Positions 25,472-43,245 of a DNA stretch of 64,000 nt are shown piece after piece. The notes beneath the pieces are model-generated. The model was given only the letters and a program-made list of their open reading frames with translations, was not told the DNA's origin and searched no databases. Position 1 is the first letter of the stretch; each line of letters begins with the position of its first letter. The stretch is taken from NCBI RefSeq assembly GCF_022846255.1, contig NZ_AP025682.1, one strand, 5' to 3'. The DNA is from Escherichia coli (GTDB lineage: Bacteria; Pseudomonadota; Gammaproteobacteria; Enterobacterales; Enterobacteriaceae). Both the position numbers and the translations under genes were made by a program.

Positions 25472-28099
25472 ATGAGCGACCTTGCGAGAGAAATTACACC
25501 GGTCAACATTGAGGAAGAGCTGAAGAGCTCCTATCTGGATTATGCGATGTCGGTCATTGTTGGCCGTGCGCTGCCAGATGTCCGAGATGGCCTGAAGCCG
25601 GTACACCGTCGCGTACTTTACGCCATGAACGTACTAGGCAATGACTGGAACAAAGCCTATAAAAAATCTGCCCGTGTCGTTGGTGACGTAATCGGTAAAT
25701 ACCATCCCCATGGTGACTCGGCGGTTTATGACACGATCGTCCGTATGGCGCAGCCATTCTCGCTGCGTTACATGCTGGTAGACGGTCAGGGTAACTTCGG
25801 TTCCATCGACGGCGACTCTGCGGCGGCAATGCGTTATACGGAAATCCGTCTGGCGAAAATTGCCCATGAACTGATGGCTGATCTCGAAAAAGAGACGGTC
25901 GATTTCGTTGATAACTATGACGGCACGGAAAAAATTCCGGACGTCATGCCAACCAAAATTCCTAACCTGCTGGTGAACGGTTCTTCCGGTATCGCCGTAG
26001 GTATGGCAACCAACATCCCGCCGCACAACCTGACGGAAGTCATCAACGGTTGTCTGGCGTATATCGATGATGAAGACATCAGCATTGAAGGGCTGATGGA
26101 ACACATCCCGGGGCCGGACTTCCCGACGGCGGCAATCATTAACGGTCGTCGCGGTATTGAAGAAGCTTACCGTACCGGTCGCGGCAAGGTATATATCCGC
26201 GCCCGTGCTGAAGTGGAAGTTGACGCCAAAACCGGACGTGAAACCATTATCGTCCACGAAATTCCTTATCAGGTGAACAAAGCGCGCCTGATCGAGAAGA
26301 TTGCGGAACTGGTAAAAGAAAAACGCGTGGAAGGCATCAGCGCGCTGCGTGACGAGTCTGACAAAGACGGTATGCGCATCGTGATTGAAGTGAAACGCGA
26401 TGCGGTCGGTGAAGTTGTGCTCAACAACCTCTACTCCCAGACCCAGTTGCAGGTTTCTTTCGGTATCAACATGGTGGCATTGCACCATGGTCAGCCGAAG
26501 ATCATGAACCTGAAAGACATCATCGCGGCGTTTGTTCGTCACCGCCGCGAAGTGGTGACTCGTCGTACTATTTTCGAACTGCGTAAAGCTCGCGATCGTG
26601 CTCATATCCTTGAAGCATTAGCCGTGGCACTGGCGAACATCGACCCGATCATCGAACTGATCCGTCATGCGCCGACGCCTGCAGAAGCGAAAACCGCGCT
26701 GGTTGCTAATCCGTGGCAGCTGGGCAACGTTGCCGCGATGCTGGAACGTGCGGGCGACGATGCTGCGCGTCCGGAATGGCTGGAGCCAGAGTTCGGCGTG
26801 CGTGATGGTCTGTACTACCTGACCGAACAGCAAGCTCAGGCGATTCTGGATCTGCGTTTGCAGAAACTGACCGGCCTTGAGCACGAAAAACTGCTCGACG
26901 AATACAAAGAGCTGCTGGATCAGATCGCGGAACTGTTGCGTATTCTTGGTAGCGCCGATCGTCTGATGGAAGTGATCCGCGAAGAGCTGGAGCTGGTTCG
27001 TGAACAGTTCGGTGACAAACGTCGTACTGAAATCACCGCCAACAGCGCAGACATCAACCTGGAAGATCTGATCACCCAGGAAGATGTGGTCGTGACGCTC
27101 TCTCACCAGGGCTACGTGAAGTATCAGCCGCTTTCTGAATACGAAGCGCAGCGTCGTGGCGGGAAAGGTAAATCTGCCGCACGTATTAAAGAAGAAGACT
27201 TTATCGACCGACTGCTGGTGGCGAATACCCACGACCATATTCTGTGCTTCTCCAGCCGTGGTCGCGTCTATTCGATGAAGGTCTACCAGTTGCCAGAAGC
27301 TACTCGTGGCGCGCGTGGTCGTCCGATCGTCAACCTGCTGCCGCTGGAACAGGACGAACGTATCACCGCGATCCTGCCGGTGACCGAGTTTGAAGAAGGC
27401 GTGAAAGTCTTCATGGCGACCGCTAACGGTACGGTGAAGAAAACCGTCCTCACCGAGTTCAACCGTCTGCGTACCGCCGGTAAAGTGGCGATCAAACTGG
27501 TTGAAGGCGATGAGCTGATCGGCGTTGACCTGACCAGCGGCGAAGACGAAGTAATGCTGTTCTCCGCTGAAGGTAAAGTGGTGCGCTTTAAAGAGTCTTC
27601 TGTCCGTGCGATGGGCTGCAACACCACCGGTGTTCGTGGTATTCGTTTAGGCGAAGGCGATAAAGTCGTCTCTCTGATCGTGCCTCGTGGCGATGGCGCA
27701 ATCCTCACCGCAACGCAGAACGGTTATGGTAAACGTACCGCAGTGGCGGAATACCCAACCAAGTCGCGTGCGACGAAAGGGGTTATCTCCATCAAGGTTA
27801 CCGAACGTAACGGTTTAGTGGTTGGCGCGGTGCAGGTAGATGACTGCGACCAGATCATGATGATCACCGATGCCGGTACGCTGGTACGTACTCGCGTTTC
27901 GGAAATCAGCATCGTAGGCCGTAACACCCAGGGCGTAATCCTTATCCGTACTTCGGAAGATGAAAACGTGGTGGGTCTGCAACGTGTTGCTGAACCGGTT
28001 GACGAGGAAGATCTGGATACCATCGACGGCAGTGCCGCGGAAGGGGACGATGAAATCGCTCCGGAAGTGGACGTTGACGACGAGCCAGAAGAAGAATAA
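25472..28099 (+). CDS. gyrA: DNA gyrase subunit A, 875 aa
   Basis: Unmistakable GyrA sequence; QRDR wild-type (Ser83 TCG at 25718-25720, Asp87 GAC at 25730-25732). Confidence 0.97.
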   Translation: MSDLAREITPVNIEEELKSSYLDYAMSVIVGRALPDVRDGLKPVHRRVLYAMNVLGNDWNKAYKKSARVVGDVIGKYHPHGDSAVYDTIVRMAQPFSLRYMLVDGQGNFGSIDGDSAAAMRYTEIRLAKIAHELMADLEKETVDFVDNYDGTEKIPDVMPTKIPNLLVNGSSGIAVGMATNIPPHNLTEVINGCLAYIDDEDISIEGLMEHIPGPDFPTAAIINGRRGIEEAYRTGRGKVYIRARAEVEVDAKTGRETIIVHEIPYQVNKARLIEKIAELVKEKRVEGISALRDESDKDGMRIVIEVKRDAVGEVVLNNLYSQTQLQVSFGINMVALHHGQPKIMNLKDIIAAFVRHRREVVTRRTIFELRKARDRAHILEALAVALANIDPIIELIRHAPTPAEAKTALVANPWQLGNVAAMLERAGDDAARPEWLEPEFGVRDGLYYLTEQQAQAILDLRLQKLTGLEHEKLLDEYKELLDQIAELLRILGSADRLMEVIREELELVREQFGDKRRTEITANSADINLEDLITQEDVVVTLSHQGYVKYQPLSEYEAQRRGGKGKSAARIKEEDFIDRLLVANTHDHILCFSSRGRVYSMKVYQLPEATRGARGRPIVNLLPLEQDERITAILPVTEFEEGVKVFMATANGTVKKTVLTEFNRLRTAGKVAIKLVEGDELIGVDLTSGEDEVMLFSAEGKVVRFKESSVRAMGCNTTGVRGIRLGEGDKVVSLIVPRGDGAILTATQNGYGKRTAVAEYPTKSRATKGVISIKVTERNGLVVGAVQVDDCDQIMMITDAGTLVRTRVSEISIVGRNTQGVILIRTSEDENVVGLQRVAEPVDEEDLDTIDGSAAEGDDEIAPEVDVDDEPEEE

Positions 28100-28120
28100 T
28101 TTCATCGCTTCATGCCAAAA

Positions 28121-28140
28121 GGGAGCCATCTCCCTTTTTT
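28121..28140 (+). terminator. Rho-independent terminator after gyrA
   Basis: gggag-ccat-ctccc hairpin followed by tttttt. Confidence 0.7.
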
Positions 28141-28247
28141 GAATTGAAAAGTCCAGGCTGTAAAGTCTGGGCTTTTGTCGTATTAGGGCGCGGTAAAGTT
28201 TGGCTGTGCCCGTAAAAAATGGCTGGCTATACACAAGGAATGTGGCA

Positions 28248-35094
<6,847 letters not shown>

Positions 35095-36744
35095 GTGAAC
35101 TGGCGCAGAATCGTCTGGCTATTGGCGTTGGTTACTCTGCCAACGCTTGCGGAGGAGACGCCGTTACAACTGGTGCTGCGCGGTGCGCAGCACGATCAAC
35201 TGTATCAGCTGTCGTCATCAGGCGTGACCAAAGTCTCGGCATTACCTGACACGCTCACCACGCCGTTAGGGAGTTTGTGGAAACTGTATGTTTACGCCTG
35301 GCTGGAGGATACCCATCAACCGGAGCAGCCCTACCAGTGTCGCGGAAACTCCCCGGAAGAGGTTTATTGTTGTCAGGCTGGGGAGAGTATAACGCGCGAT
35401 ACCGCGCTGGTACGTTCCTGTGGGCTCTATTTTGCGCCGCAGCGGTTGCATATTGGCGCAGATGTGTGGGGGCAATACTGGCAACAGCGTCAGGCACCTG
35501 CGTGGTTAGCGTCTCTTACTACGCTGAAGCCAGAAACCTCGGTAACGGTTAACTCGCTGCTTGATTCATTAGCGACGTTACCTGCGCAAAACAAAGCTCA
35601 GGAAGTCTTACTGGATGTGGTGCTGGACGAGGCGAAAATCGGTGTCGCATCCATGCTCGGCAGTCGGGTACGGGTGAAAACCTGGAGCTGGTTTGCCGAT
35701 GATAAACAGGAAATCCGTCAGGGTGGTTTTGCCGGCTGGTTAACCGATGGTACACCGCTGTGGGTGACTGGCAGTGGCACCAGCAAAACGGTACTGACCC
35801 GTTATGCGACGGTGCTTAATCGGGTTTTGCCAGTGCCGACGCAAGTTGCCAGTGGGCAATGTGTCCTGGTGGAGCTGTTTGCCCGCTATCCGCTGAAGAA
35901 AATCACGGCGGAAAAGAGTTCGACGGCAGTAAAACCCGGCGTACTTAATGGGCGCTATCGTGTGACGTTTGCCAATGGTAACCACATTATGTTTGTCAGC
36001 CACGGTGAGACGACCTTACTGAGCGAAAAGGGCAAACTGAAATTGCAGTCGCATCTCGATCGTGAAGAGTACGTTGCCAGAGTTCTGGATCGTGAGGCGA
36101 AAAGTACGCCACCTGAGGCAGCGAAAGCCATGACCGTGGCGATACGCACTTTTTTACAGCAAAACGCCAATCGGGAAGGCGATTGCCTGACCATCCCTGA
36201 CAGCAGCGCCACGCAGCGTGTTTCTGCTTCGCCAGCTACCACGGGGGCGCGAACGATGACCGCCTGGACGCAGGATCTTATCTATGCGGGCGATCCGGTT
36301 CATTATCACGGCAGTCGCGCTACCGAAGGGACGCTTTCCTGGCGGCAAGCCACGGCCCAGGCGGGGCAGGGAGAGCGTTACGATCAGATACTCGCGTTTG
36401 CTTATCCCGACAATAGCCTTAGCCGCTGGGGAGCGCCACGCTCAACCTGCCAGTTATTACCCAAAGCGAAAGCCTGGCTGGCGAAAAAAATGCCGCAGTG
36501 GCGGCGTATATTACAAGGTAAGACGGGGTACAACGAACCAGACGTGTTTGCGGTTTGCCGTTTAGTCTCAGGTTTCCCCTATACCGATCGGCAGCAGAAA
36601 CGGCTGTTTATTCGTAACTTCTTTACGCTTCAGGATCGGCTGGATTTAACCCATGAGTATCTGCACCTGGCCTTTGATGGTTATCCCACCGGGCTTGATG
36701 AGAACTATATCGAAACGCTTACCCGACAATTATTAATGGACTAA
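35095..36744 (+). CDS. yfaQ: YfaQ (DUF2300) exported protein, 549 aa
   Basis: GTG start immediately after the yfaS stop; signal peptide. Confidence 0.75.
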   Translation: MNWRRIVWLLALVTLPTLAEETPLQLVLRGAQHDQLYQLSSSGVTKVSALPDTLTTPLGSLWKLYVYAWLEDTHQPEQPYQCRGNSPEEVYCCQAGESITRDTALVRSCGLYFAPQRLHIGADVWGQYWQQRQAPAWLASLTTLKPETSVTVNSLLDSLATLPAQNKAQEVLLDVVLDEAKIGVASMLGSRVRVKTWSWFADDKQEIRQGGFAGWLTDGTPLWVTGSGTSKTVLTRYATVLNRVLPVPTQVASGQCVLVELFARYPLKKITAEKSSTAVKPGVLNGRYRVTFANGNHIMFVSHGETTLLSEKGKLKLQSHLDREEYVARVLDREAKSTPPEAAKAMTVAIRTFLQQNANREGDCLTIPDSSATQRVSASPATTGARTMTAWTQDLIYAGDPVHYHGSRATEGTLSWRQATAQAGQGERYDQILAFAYPDNSLSRWGAPRSTCQLLPKAKAWLAKKMPQWRRILQGKTGYNEPDVFAVCRLVSGFPYTDRQQKRLFIRNFFTLQDRLDLTHEYLHLAFDGYPTGLDENYIETLTRQLLMD

Positions 36745-36748
36745 TGCT

Positions 36749-37525
36749 ATGCGAAAGATTTTTCTTCCGTTGTTACTGGTGGCGCTTTCGCCTGTCGCTC
36801 ACAGTGAAGGTGTGCAGGAAGTCGAGATTGATGCACCGCTCTCTGGCTGGCATCCGGCAGAGGGTGAAGATGCCAGTTTTTCACAATCGATCAATTACCC
36901 GGCGTCGTCCGTCAACATGGCAGATGATCAAAATATCTCAGCGCAGATCCGCGGCAAAATAAAGAATTATGCTGCGGCGGGTAAAGTTCAGCAGGGCCGG
37001 CTGGTGGTCAACGGTGCCAGTATGCCGCAGAGAATTGAATCCGATGGTTCATTTGCACGCCCTTATATTTTCACGGAAGGCAGCAACAGCGTGCAGGTCA
37101 TCAGCCCGGATGGGCAAAGCCGGCAAAAAATGCAGTTTTACTCAACGCCGGGTACAGGAACGATTCGTGCACGTTTACGGCTGGTTCTCTCGTGGGATAC
37201 GGACAATACCGATCTCGATCTCCATGTTGTCACGCCCGATGGCGAACACGCCTGGTACGGTAACACGGTGCTGAAAAACAGTGGTGCACTGGATATGGAT
37301 GTCACGACGGGGTACGGACCCGAGATTTTCGCCATGCCAGCGCCGATTCACGGACGTTATCAGGTGTATATCAACTACTATGGCGGACGCAGCGAAACGG
37401 AATTGACGACCGCCCAACTGACGCTGATCACCGATGAAGGATCGGTCAATGAGAAACAGGAAACATTTATTGTACCGATGCGTAATGCTGGCGAGCTGAC
37501 GCTGGTGAAAAGTTTTGACTGGTGA
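36749..37525 (+). CDS. yfaP: YfaP (DUF2135) exported protein, 258 aa
   Basis: Signal peptide MRKIFLPLLLVALSPVAHS; starts 4 nt after yfaQ stop. Confidence 0.8.
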   Translation: MRKIFLPLLLVALSPVAHSEGVQEVEIDAPLSGWHPAEGEDASFSQSINYPASSVNMADDQNISAQIRGKIKNYAAAGKVQQGRLVVNGASMPQRIESDGSFARPYIFTEGSNSVQVISPDGQSRQKMQFYSTPGTGTIRARLRLVLSWDTDNTDLDLHVVTPDGEHAWYGNTVLKNSGALDMDVTTGYGPEIFAMPAPIHGRYQVYINYYGGRSETELTTAQLTLITDEGSVNEKQETFIVPMRNAGELTLVKSFDW

Positions 37526-37561
37526 TTAATGGGGTTACCTTCGCCGTCGATGTTCAAGAAA

Positions 37562-37596
37562 ACACCCGATAACTTTCGCTATCGGGTGTTTTTATT
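37562..37596. terminator. Bidirectional intrinsic terminator between convergent yfaP and atoB
   Basis: Perfect 9-bp stem acacccgat/atcgggtgt, 10-nt loop, T-run downstream and A-run upstream. Confidence 0.7.
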
Positions 37597-37598
37597 GA

Positions 37599-38783
37599 TT
37601 AATTCAACCGTTCAATCACCATCGCAATTCCCTGGCCGCCACCAATGCATAGTGTTGCCAGCCCCAGCGTTTTATCGCGTGCCTGCATGGCATGTAATAG
37701 TGTGACCAGAATACGAGCACCACTGGCACCGATAGGATGCCCGAGCGCGATGGCCCCGCCGTTGACATTCACTTTCTCAGGCTCAAAGCCCAGGGTTTTC
37801 CCAACGGCAAGGAACTGTGCAGCAAATGCTTCATTAGCCTCAATGAGATCAATATCCGCCAGTTGCAGCCCCGCCAGTTGTAACGCTTTTTGCGTGGCAG
37901 GTACTGGCCCCATACCCATCAATGCGGGGGGCACGCCACCGCTGGCATAACTTTTAATGCGAGCCAGGGGGGTAAGGCCTGCTGCCAGCGCCGCAGATTC
38001 TTCCATAATCACCAGAGCGGCAGCACCGTCGTTAATACCAGACGCGTTCCCGGCGGTGACTGTTCCTGCTTTATCGAAGGCCGGGCGCAATGCGCCTAAC
38101 GCTTCAGTCGTAGAATCCGCTTTCGGGAATTCGTCTTGACTGAAGACGAAGGTTTTCTTCCGAGTGACAACATTTACCGGGACGATTTCGGCTGTAAAAG
38201 CACCGGACTCAATTGCGGCAGCCGCTTTACGCTGTGAATGTAGCGCCAGTTCATCCTGCATTTCTCGGGTAATTCCGTACTCTTTGGCCACGTTCTCGGC
38301 GGTAATCCCCATATGATAACCATGGGTGGCGCACATCAGACCATCGCGCAGGATTACGTCATAAACCTGTCCGTCTCCAAGACGATAACCAGAGCGTGCT
38401 TTTGCATCGAGTAAGTAGGGCGCTAAACTCATATTTTCCATACCCCCCGCCACAATGCTTTGCGCCTGACCTGCCTGAATTGCCTGGGCGGCAAGCGCCA
38501 CACTTTTAAGACCCGAACCACACACTTTATTGACCGTGAATCCGCACACCGTTTCTGCCAGCCCGCTTTTTAACAGTGCCTGACGTGCCGGATTTTGCCC
38601 CAACCCGGCTTGCAACACGTTACCCATAATCACTTCATCAATGTGTAGTGAATCGATTTTTGCACGTTCAATGGCGGCTTTAATTACTGTCGCCCCCAGG
38701 TCGATGGCGCTGGTGGACGCGAGTGAACCGTTAAAACTACCGATAGCAGTACGTACCGCACTGACGATGACACAATTTTTCAT
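37599..38783 (-). CDS. atoB: Acetyl-CoA acetyltransferase (thiolase II), 394 aa
   Basis: Protein recognised. Confidence 0.9.
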   Translation of the reverse strand: MKNCVIVSAVRTAIGSFNGSLASTSAIDLGATVIKAAIERAKIDSLHIDEVIMGNVLQAGLGQNPARQALLKSGLAETVCGFTVNKVCGSGLKSVALAAQAIQAGQAQSIVAGGMENMSLAPYLLDAKARSGYRLGDGQVYDVILRDGLMCATHGYHMGITAENVAKEYGITREMQDELALHSQRKAAAAIESGAFTAEIVPVNVVTRKKTFVFSQDEFPKADSTTEALGALRPAFDKAGTVTAGNASGINDGAAALVIMEESAALAAGLTPLARIKSYASGGVPPALMGMGPVPATQKALQLAGLQLADIDLIEANEAFAAQFLAVGKTLGFEPEKVNVNGGAIALGHPIGASGARILVTLLHAMQARDKTLGLATLCIGGGQGIAMVIERLN

Positions 38784-38813
38784 TTTTTAATCCTTCTGTC
38801 TGTAGGGTTGCCG

Positions 38814-40136
38814 TCAGAACAGCGTTAAACCAATGACGAAAATGACGCCGGAGAAGAGCAGGGCAGTGATGCAATAGCCCATGATGTCGCGGACACCGAG
38901 TCCGGCGATTGCCAGTGCTGGCAGCGCCCAGAATGGTTGTGCCATGTTCATCCATTGCTCGCCGTAGGCGATCGCCATTACCGATTTACCGAGATCAGCG
39001 CCCAGCGCCTGGGCTGCGGGTATCACGAAAGGTCCCTGAATAACCCAGTGACCGCCGCCAGACGGAACGGCGAAGTTAATCAGTGCAGAACTAAAAAAGG
39101 TCATTACCGGGAAGGTGTCTTTGTTCGCAACATTGATGAAGAATTCGGTAATGAGTCCGCCCAGACCGGAATGCTCCATCATCAGTTGGATCCCAGCGTA
39201 GAAGGGGAATTGCACCAGAATACCGGCAGTACTGCGTGCTGCCGCGCTGATAGCACGCATATAAGCCATTGGCGTTTTATGTAGCAGCAGACCCGCAATC
39301 ATAAACATCAGGTTGACGGTATTGATGGTGATGTTGAAGCCATGTTCGCTGAAGTACATCGCAAGGTAAGCGATACCGAGTGCGCCGATGATCAACGTCA
39401 GAATGCGGCTTTCTTCCAGTCGCTCGGATGGTGGGGCATCTTTCGGTAGCTGCTTTTGAAAATCAGCCTCTTCCATGAGTAGTTTCGGATCGATACTCAC
39501 CACGTCAGACGGTTTTGGCATCATCATGCGGGTGATAAATGGCATCACCACAATCAACGCCACAGTGATGAAAATATTAAAACCACTGAACAGAGTATCG
39601 CCCACCGGGATCAGCCCGGCGATATGCTCAACCGGGTTGCCCGGTGTTGCAGCCAACAGAGGCATTGAGCCAGAGAAACCGCCACCCCAGGTGAGAAAAC
39701 CAATGTAGGCGCAGGCAATGAGCAACGGATAATCAGAACCGGGTACTCGCCGGGCGACTTCACGGGCGAACATTGCACCGACAACCAAACCAAATCCCCA
39801 GTTGATGACACAAGCGACTGAACCGAAGAAAGTAACCAGCATGACGCCCTGTACGGGCGTCTTTGCGGCGGAGGCGGCAGTACGCAGCAAACTTTTCACC
39901 GGAGCGGAGCTGGCAAGGGCATGACCGGTAACGATGATAAGCGCCATCTGCATACCAAACGCCAGCAAGTTCCAGAAACCGTCACCCCACATTTTCACCA
40001 TGCTGATCGGCGTTTGTGGTGTTAACCAAAGCGCGATCACGAATGTTAGCAATGTCAGCAACATGGCAAAGATCAGTGGATCGGGAAGCCACCGGCTGAC
40101 AAAACGCGTCATAAAACGCGATATGCGACCAATCAT
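38814..40136 (-). CDS. atoE: Short-chain fatty acid transporter, 440 aa
   Basis: Protein recognised. Confidence 0.85.
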   Translation of the reverse strand: MIGRISRFMTRFVSRWLPDPLIFAMLLTLLTFVIALWLTPQTPISMVKMWGDGFWNLLAFGMQMALIIVTGHALASSAPVKSLLRTAASAAKTPVQGVMLVTFFGSVACVINWGFGLVVGAMFAREVARRVPGSDYPLLIACAYIGFLTWGGGFSGSMPLLAATPGNPVEHIAGLIPVGDTLFSGFNIFITVALIVVMPFITRMMMPKPSDVVSIDPKLLMEEADFQKQLPKDAPPSERLEESRILTLIIGALGIAYLAMYFSEHGFNITINTVNLMFMIAGLLLHKTPMAYMRAISAAARSTAGILVQFPFYAGIQLMMEHSGLGGLITEFFINVANKDTFPVMTFFSSALINFAVPSGGGHWVIQGPFVIPAAQALGADLGKSVMAIAYGEQWMNMAQPFWALPALAIAGLGVRDIMGYCITALLFSGVIFVIGLTLF

Positions 40137-40783
40137 AAATCACCCCGTTGCGTATTCAGATCGGCAGCGACTTCAAACCGAGCTTCTGTTTTGGCACGCA
40201 CGGTGGCTAAATCACACCCGTCGGCAATTTCGGTGAGCCACATTTTGCCGTCAATAAAACGAAAGACAGCCAGTTCAGTAACCAGCATATGCACCGCATG
40301 TTGCGCAGTGAGTGGCATGGTGCAGCGGCGCAAAATTTTTGCTGAACCATCTTTGGCGCAATGTTCCATGGCGATGATCACTTTGCGCGACCCGGTCACC
40401 AGATCCATCGCGCCACCCATACCGGGCACCATTTTCCCAGGCACTACCCAGTTCGCGAGGTTTGCTTCTTCGTCTACTTGCAAACCGCCGAGCACGCAGG
40501 CATCAATATGACCGCCACGGATTAGCGCAAATGACATGGCGCTATCAAACATGGCTGCACCGGGTAAAATGCCGCACGGTTGTCCGCCAGCGTTCACCAG
40601 ATCGGGATGCGCTGTTGTGACCGGGCCTAAACCGAGGAAGCCGTTTTCCGATTGCAGAGTGATATGAATACCCTCCGGTAAATAATTGGCGACCATTGTG
40701 GGTAAACCGATCCCTAAGTTAACGATGTCACCATCACGAAGCTCTTGCGCCACACGGCGCGCAATACGTTGTTTCGCATCCAT
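40133..40783 (-). CDS. atoA: Acetate CoA-transferase beta subunit, 216 aa
   Basis: Protein recognised; 4-bp overlap with atoE. Confidence 0.9.
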   Translation of the reverse strand: MDAKQRIARRVAQELRDGDIVNLGIGLPTMVANYLPEGIHITLQSENGFLGLGPVTTAHPDLVNAGGQPCGILPGAAMFDSAMSFALIRGGHIDACVLGGLQVDEEANLANWVVPGKMVPGMGGAMDLVTGSRKVIIAMEHCAKDGSAKILRRCTMPLTAQHAVHMLVTELAVFRFIDGKMWLTEIADGCDLATVRAKTEARFEVAADLNTQRGDL

Positions 40784-41445
40784 TATTTGCTCTCCTGTGA
40801 AACGATGATGTGGTCGATAACGGCACCAGGGGTGACAATATGGTCAGGTTGCAGCTCGCCGGTTTCGACCAGTTCATCTGGCTCTACCAGCGTGATATCA
40901 GCCGCAAGGGCTATCAGGGGGTTAAAGTTGCGGGCGCTAAGGTGATAGGTCAGGTTGCCAAGTGTGTCGCAACGATGAGCGCGAATTAGCGCCAGGTCGG
41001 CGCGCAGCGGGCGTTCGAGCAGCCAGGTTTTACCGTCGAGTGTCAGTGTCTGTTTGCCTTCCTCTACGACGGTGCCGACACCCGTTGGGGTGAGAAAACC
41101 ACCAAGTCCAGCTCCGCCACAGCGAATTTGCTCGATTAGCGTACCTTGCGGCACCAGAACGACGTCCATCTCACCAGATATCATGCGCCGACCTGTTTCC
41201 GGGTTGGTGCCGATATGTGAAGCAATCACTTTGCGGACTCGACCATTGACGATGAGCGGACCGATGCCGGTATCAACAAACGCGGTATCATTGGCTATCA
41301 ATGTCAGGTCGCGAACACCAGATTCCAGTAATGCTTCAACCAGGCGGGATGGAGTGCCAATCCCCATAAATCCGCCCACCATGATGGTCATGCCGTCACG
41401 AAAGAAGCCGGTGGCGTCTTGTAATGTCATCAATTTTGTTTTCAT
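40783..41445 (-). CDS. atoD: Acetate CoA-transferase alpha subunit, 220 aa
   Basis: Protein recognised; 1-bp overlap with atoA. Confidence 0.9.
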   Translation of the reverse strand: MKTKLMTLQDATGFFRDGMTIMVGGFMGIGTPSRLVEALLESGVRDLTLIANDTAFVDTGIGPLIVNGRVRKVIASHIGTNPETGRRMISGEMDVVLVPQGTLIEQIRCGGAGLGGFLTPTGVGTVVEEGKQTLTLDGKTWLLERPLRADLALIRAHRCDTLGNLTYHLSARNFNPLIALAADITLVEPDELVETGELQPDHIVTPGAVIDHIIVSQESK

Positions 41446-41490
41446 TTTTTATCCCTCTTGCATACACCGTTGTGGGTACAGTCAGGGAAT

Positions 41491-41506
41491 AGCAAGGGGA
41501 GTGCCA
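41491..41506 (-). promoter_or_regulatory. Sigma-54 promoter of atoDAEB (-24/-12)
   Basis: Minus strand reads TGGCAC-TCCCC-TTGCT, matching TGGCAC-N5-TTGCW, ~45 bp upstream of the atoD ATG. Confidence 0.75.
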
Positions 41507-41588
41507 GAATGAGATTATTGGGGGGTGTTATTTAACTAATTGAATAAAAAAGGATAAATTAGATGGGGGTTTATAAGGAGAATGAGCG

Positions 41589-41629
41589 GCTATGCAGAAA
41601 ATTGCGCACTGTGCAAATTTCTGCATAGC
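41589..41629. promoter_or_regulatory. AtoC upstream activating sequence (inverted 20-bp repeats)
   Basis: gctatgcagaaaattgcgca-c-tgtgcaaatttctgcatagc, near-perfect palindrome ~100 bp upstream of the sigma-54 element. Confidence 0.75.
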
Positions 41630-41640
41630 AAGTTTTGGCG

Positions 41641-41819
41641 TTATACATCCGCCGGATCGATACCGTATTCCTGGAGTTTATACATCAATGCACGGCGACT
41701 GATGCCCAGCATTAATGCAGTGCGGGTTCGGTTTCCTTCTTGTTGTTCCAGCACTTCCATAATGATGCGTTTTTCGACGCGTTTAATTTCCTCTTTTAAA
41801 TTACGCTCACCGACAGGGG
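41641..41819 (-). pseudogene. atoC: atoC 3' fragment (C-terminal HTH domain) separated from the rest of the gene by IS4
   Basis: Hand-translated in frame with the 5' part across the TSD: ...PVGERNLKEEIKRVEKRIIMEVLEQQEGNRTRTALMLGISRRALMYKLQEYGIDPADV*. Confidence 0.85.
41808..41819. repeat. IS4 target-site duplication, left copy (CACCGACAGGGG)
   Basis: Identical 12-mer directly flanks the other IS4 end at 43246-43257. Confidence 0.9.
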
Positions 41820-43245
41820 TAATGCCAGTCAGTTAAGCAACTGACTGGCTCTTTTTCGGGGCTGTGGGGTATTTCCAGGGCCTCTCCTTTACCACTCTCG
41901 GGAAGGCCCTTTCCCTTCTTGTCGGTAATTTCACAAGTTGTCCCATACTTGCAAGATCGCGCATCAGCTCCGGTATACGTCCCGGTGAAGCGCCCTGCAA
42001 TGTCATCAGCATTCTCATCACCATTCCACATGATTCTGAGAAACTCAGTTGATTCGGCCAGTAACCTTTCAGATGTTCCGCCATTTTAATCATCTGATAT
42101 CTCACCAGATTATAAGCCAGTAAGACACCCCACAGCTCTTGCTCCACAAGCTCCGGTTTTTTACTTCTCAGCGTCAGCCTGCTCAGTTGCATCGTCTGTT
42201 TTATCTCCCTGTATCCCAGTTCGATTTCCCAGCGATGACTGTACAGATCCGCCATTTCTCCTCCGGGGAAGCGCATGGCGTCCGTCATCGACGTCAGCAG
42301 ATGGCAGACTTTTCCTTTGCGCGTCACGGTCAGCAGGCGGGCTGTCACTTCATTTCCCAGTCCCGGCCACTTTTTTCGTGCCTGCGGGCTGGTTTTCAGC
42401 TTCACCAGATGATCGCCTTTACCCAGTTTTCTGATCTCTTCATATTGCGCTCCCTTTCTGAGAGGTATCATCCAGTGGCGGTGTTCTCCCGCCAGGCTCC
42501 AGGCATTTAACAGTCCCAGTGAGTAATAACCTTTATCCATTAACGTCAGAGTGTTATCGCCGGTTTGTTCTATAAGTTGCTCAGCAAGCTCATTTTCGCT
42601 GTTCTTCATCGTGCCGAAGGCTGCAGCCGTCAGCAGATGGCTGGTCAGTTCCATCTGGCAGACCATTTTGACCTGCGGGTAGAGCGCCGGGTTCCCGGCA
42701 TGTGTCTGGCGGGGGAAGGCTGCATCGTTCTCTGGTGTATCCGGTGTGCGCCAGAACACACCATCGATGGCCAGCAGGGTCAGGCCGCACCAGTGCGGAT
42801 GCGGCGTGGCGTTATGCCAGAGCTGCGCTGTTTTCGTGAACACGCGGCGGACAGCCTCACTTCCCAGGCGCTGGCGGGCCTGAATAACGGCACTGGGGGC
42901 AACGAAGGGGCGATTGCCCGGCAGCATGATGTCCAGGCGATTCACAATCTGGTGAAGAGGTTCTTTACGCTCAAGCGCCATGCCAACAATACACCAGACC
43001 ATCATTTCGAGGGGAAGACGGCGCTTGCGTAGCGTTACAGTACCTGATTCGGCAAGGCAACGAGAGATGAGTTCGGGGTCGAGGTAATCCCCCAGAGAAG
43101 TCAGTGGGTTACGCAGAGAATCGTAACGGGATACCAGATCAAGAGCCTGTCCAATGTGCATAAAAAAATCCGGAAACAAGTGAGCGTTTCCGGATTCTTA
43201 CACAGCCACTGGATCGGTCAACTGATCCTTAACTGATCGGCATTA
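41820..43245 (-). mobile_element. IS4 insertion sequence, complete (1426 bp)
   Basis: Terminal inverted repeats TAATGCCAGTCAGTTAAG / TAATGCCGATCAGTTAAG (16/18 match); 1426 bp between them; single 442-aa IS4-family transposase; flanked by 12-bp direct repeat. Confidence 0.9.
41833..43161 (-). CDS. insG: IS4 transposase InsG, 442 aa
   Basis: Starts [16 protein letters not shown]; the ORF-track 448-aa version begins 6 codons upstream. Confidence 0.9.
   Translation of the reverse strand: MHIGQALDLVSRYDSLRNPLTSLGDYLDPELISRCLAESGTVTLRKRRLPLEMMVWCIVGMALERKEPLHQIVNRLDIMLPGNRPFVAPSAVIQARQRLGSEAVRRVFTKTAQLWHNATPHPHWCGLTLLAIDGVFWRTPDTPENDAAFPRQTHAGNPALYPQVKMVCQMELTSHLLTAAAFGTMKNSENELAEQLIEQTGDNTLTLMDKGYYSLGLLNAWSLAGEHRHWMIPLRKGAQYEEIRKLGKGDHLVKLKTSPQARKKWPGLGNEVTARLLTVTRKGKVCHLLTSMTDAMRFPGGEMADLYSHRWEIELGYREIKQTMQLSRLTLRSKKPELVEQELWGVLLAYNLVRYQMIKMAEHLKGYWPNQLSFSESCGMVMRMLMTLQGASPGRIPELMRDLASMGQLVKLPTRRERAFPRVVKERPWKYPTAPKKSQSVA

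Noticed and set aside
25634-26605. Long antisense ORFs inside highly conserved genes (e.g. 323 aa opposite gyrA; 18224-18949 opposite nrdA; 11932-12555 opposite glpA; 16731-17237 opposite nrdB; 58543-59034 opposite yojI)
   Set aside because: They lie entirely within well-supported CDSs on the other strand, have no recognisable protein similarity or SD context, and are the expected by-product of GC-rich coding sequence
28200-28247. ORF-track upstream extensions using TTG/GTG or distant ATG (yfaA at 28200, yfaZ at 825, glpQ at 14155, rhmT at 4984, ubiG to 25373, glpC to 9777, nrdB to 17723, rcsB to 50198, eco to 61893)
   Set aside because: Internal ATG codons with good SD spacing reproduce the known N-termini and recalled K-12 protein lengths; several extensions run through REP elements or the upstream gene
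41582-41836. 84-aa plus-strand ORF across the atoD promoter and atoC 3' fragment
   Set aside because: Runs through the AtoC UAS and opposite the in-frame AtoC C-terminal coding sequence; no SD; more parsimonious that this DNA is the atoC remnant plus regulatory region
41820-43245. Alternative identity of the insertion (IS186, IS10 or another IS4-family member)
   Set aside because: Length of exactly 1426 bp, TAATGCC...GTTAAG 18-bp ends, a 442-aa transposase starting MHIGQALDL and a 12-bp target duplication together match IS4 itself, not other family members with different sizes and TSD lengths
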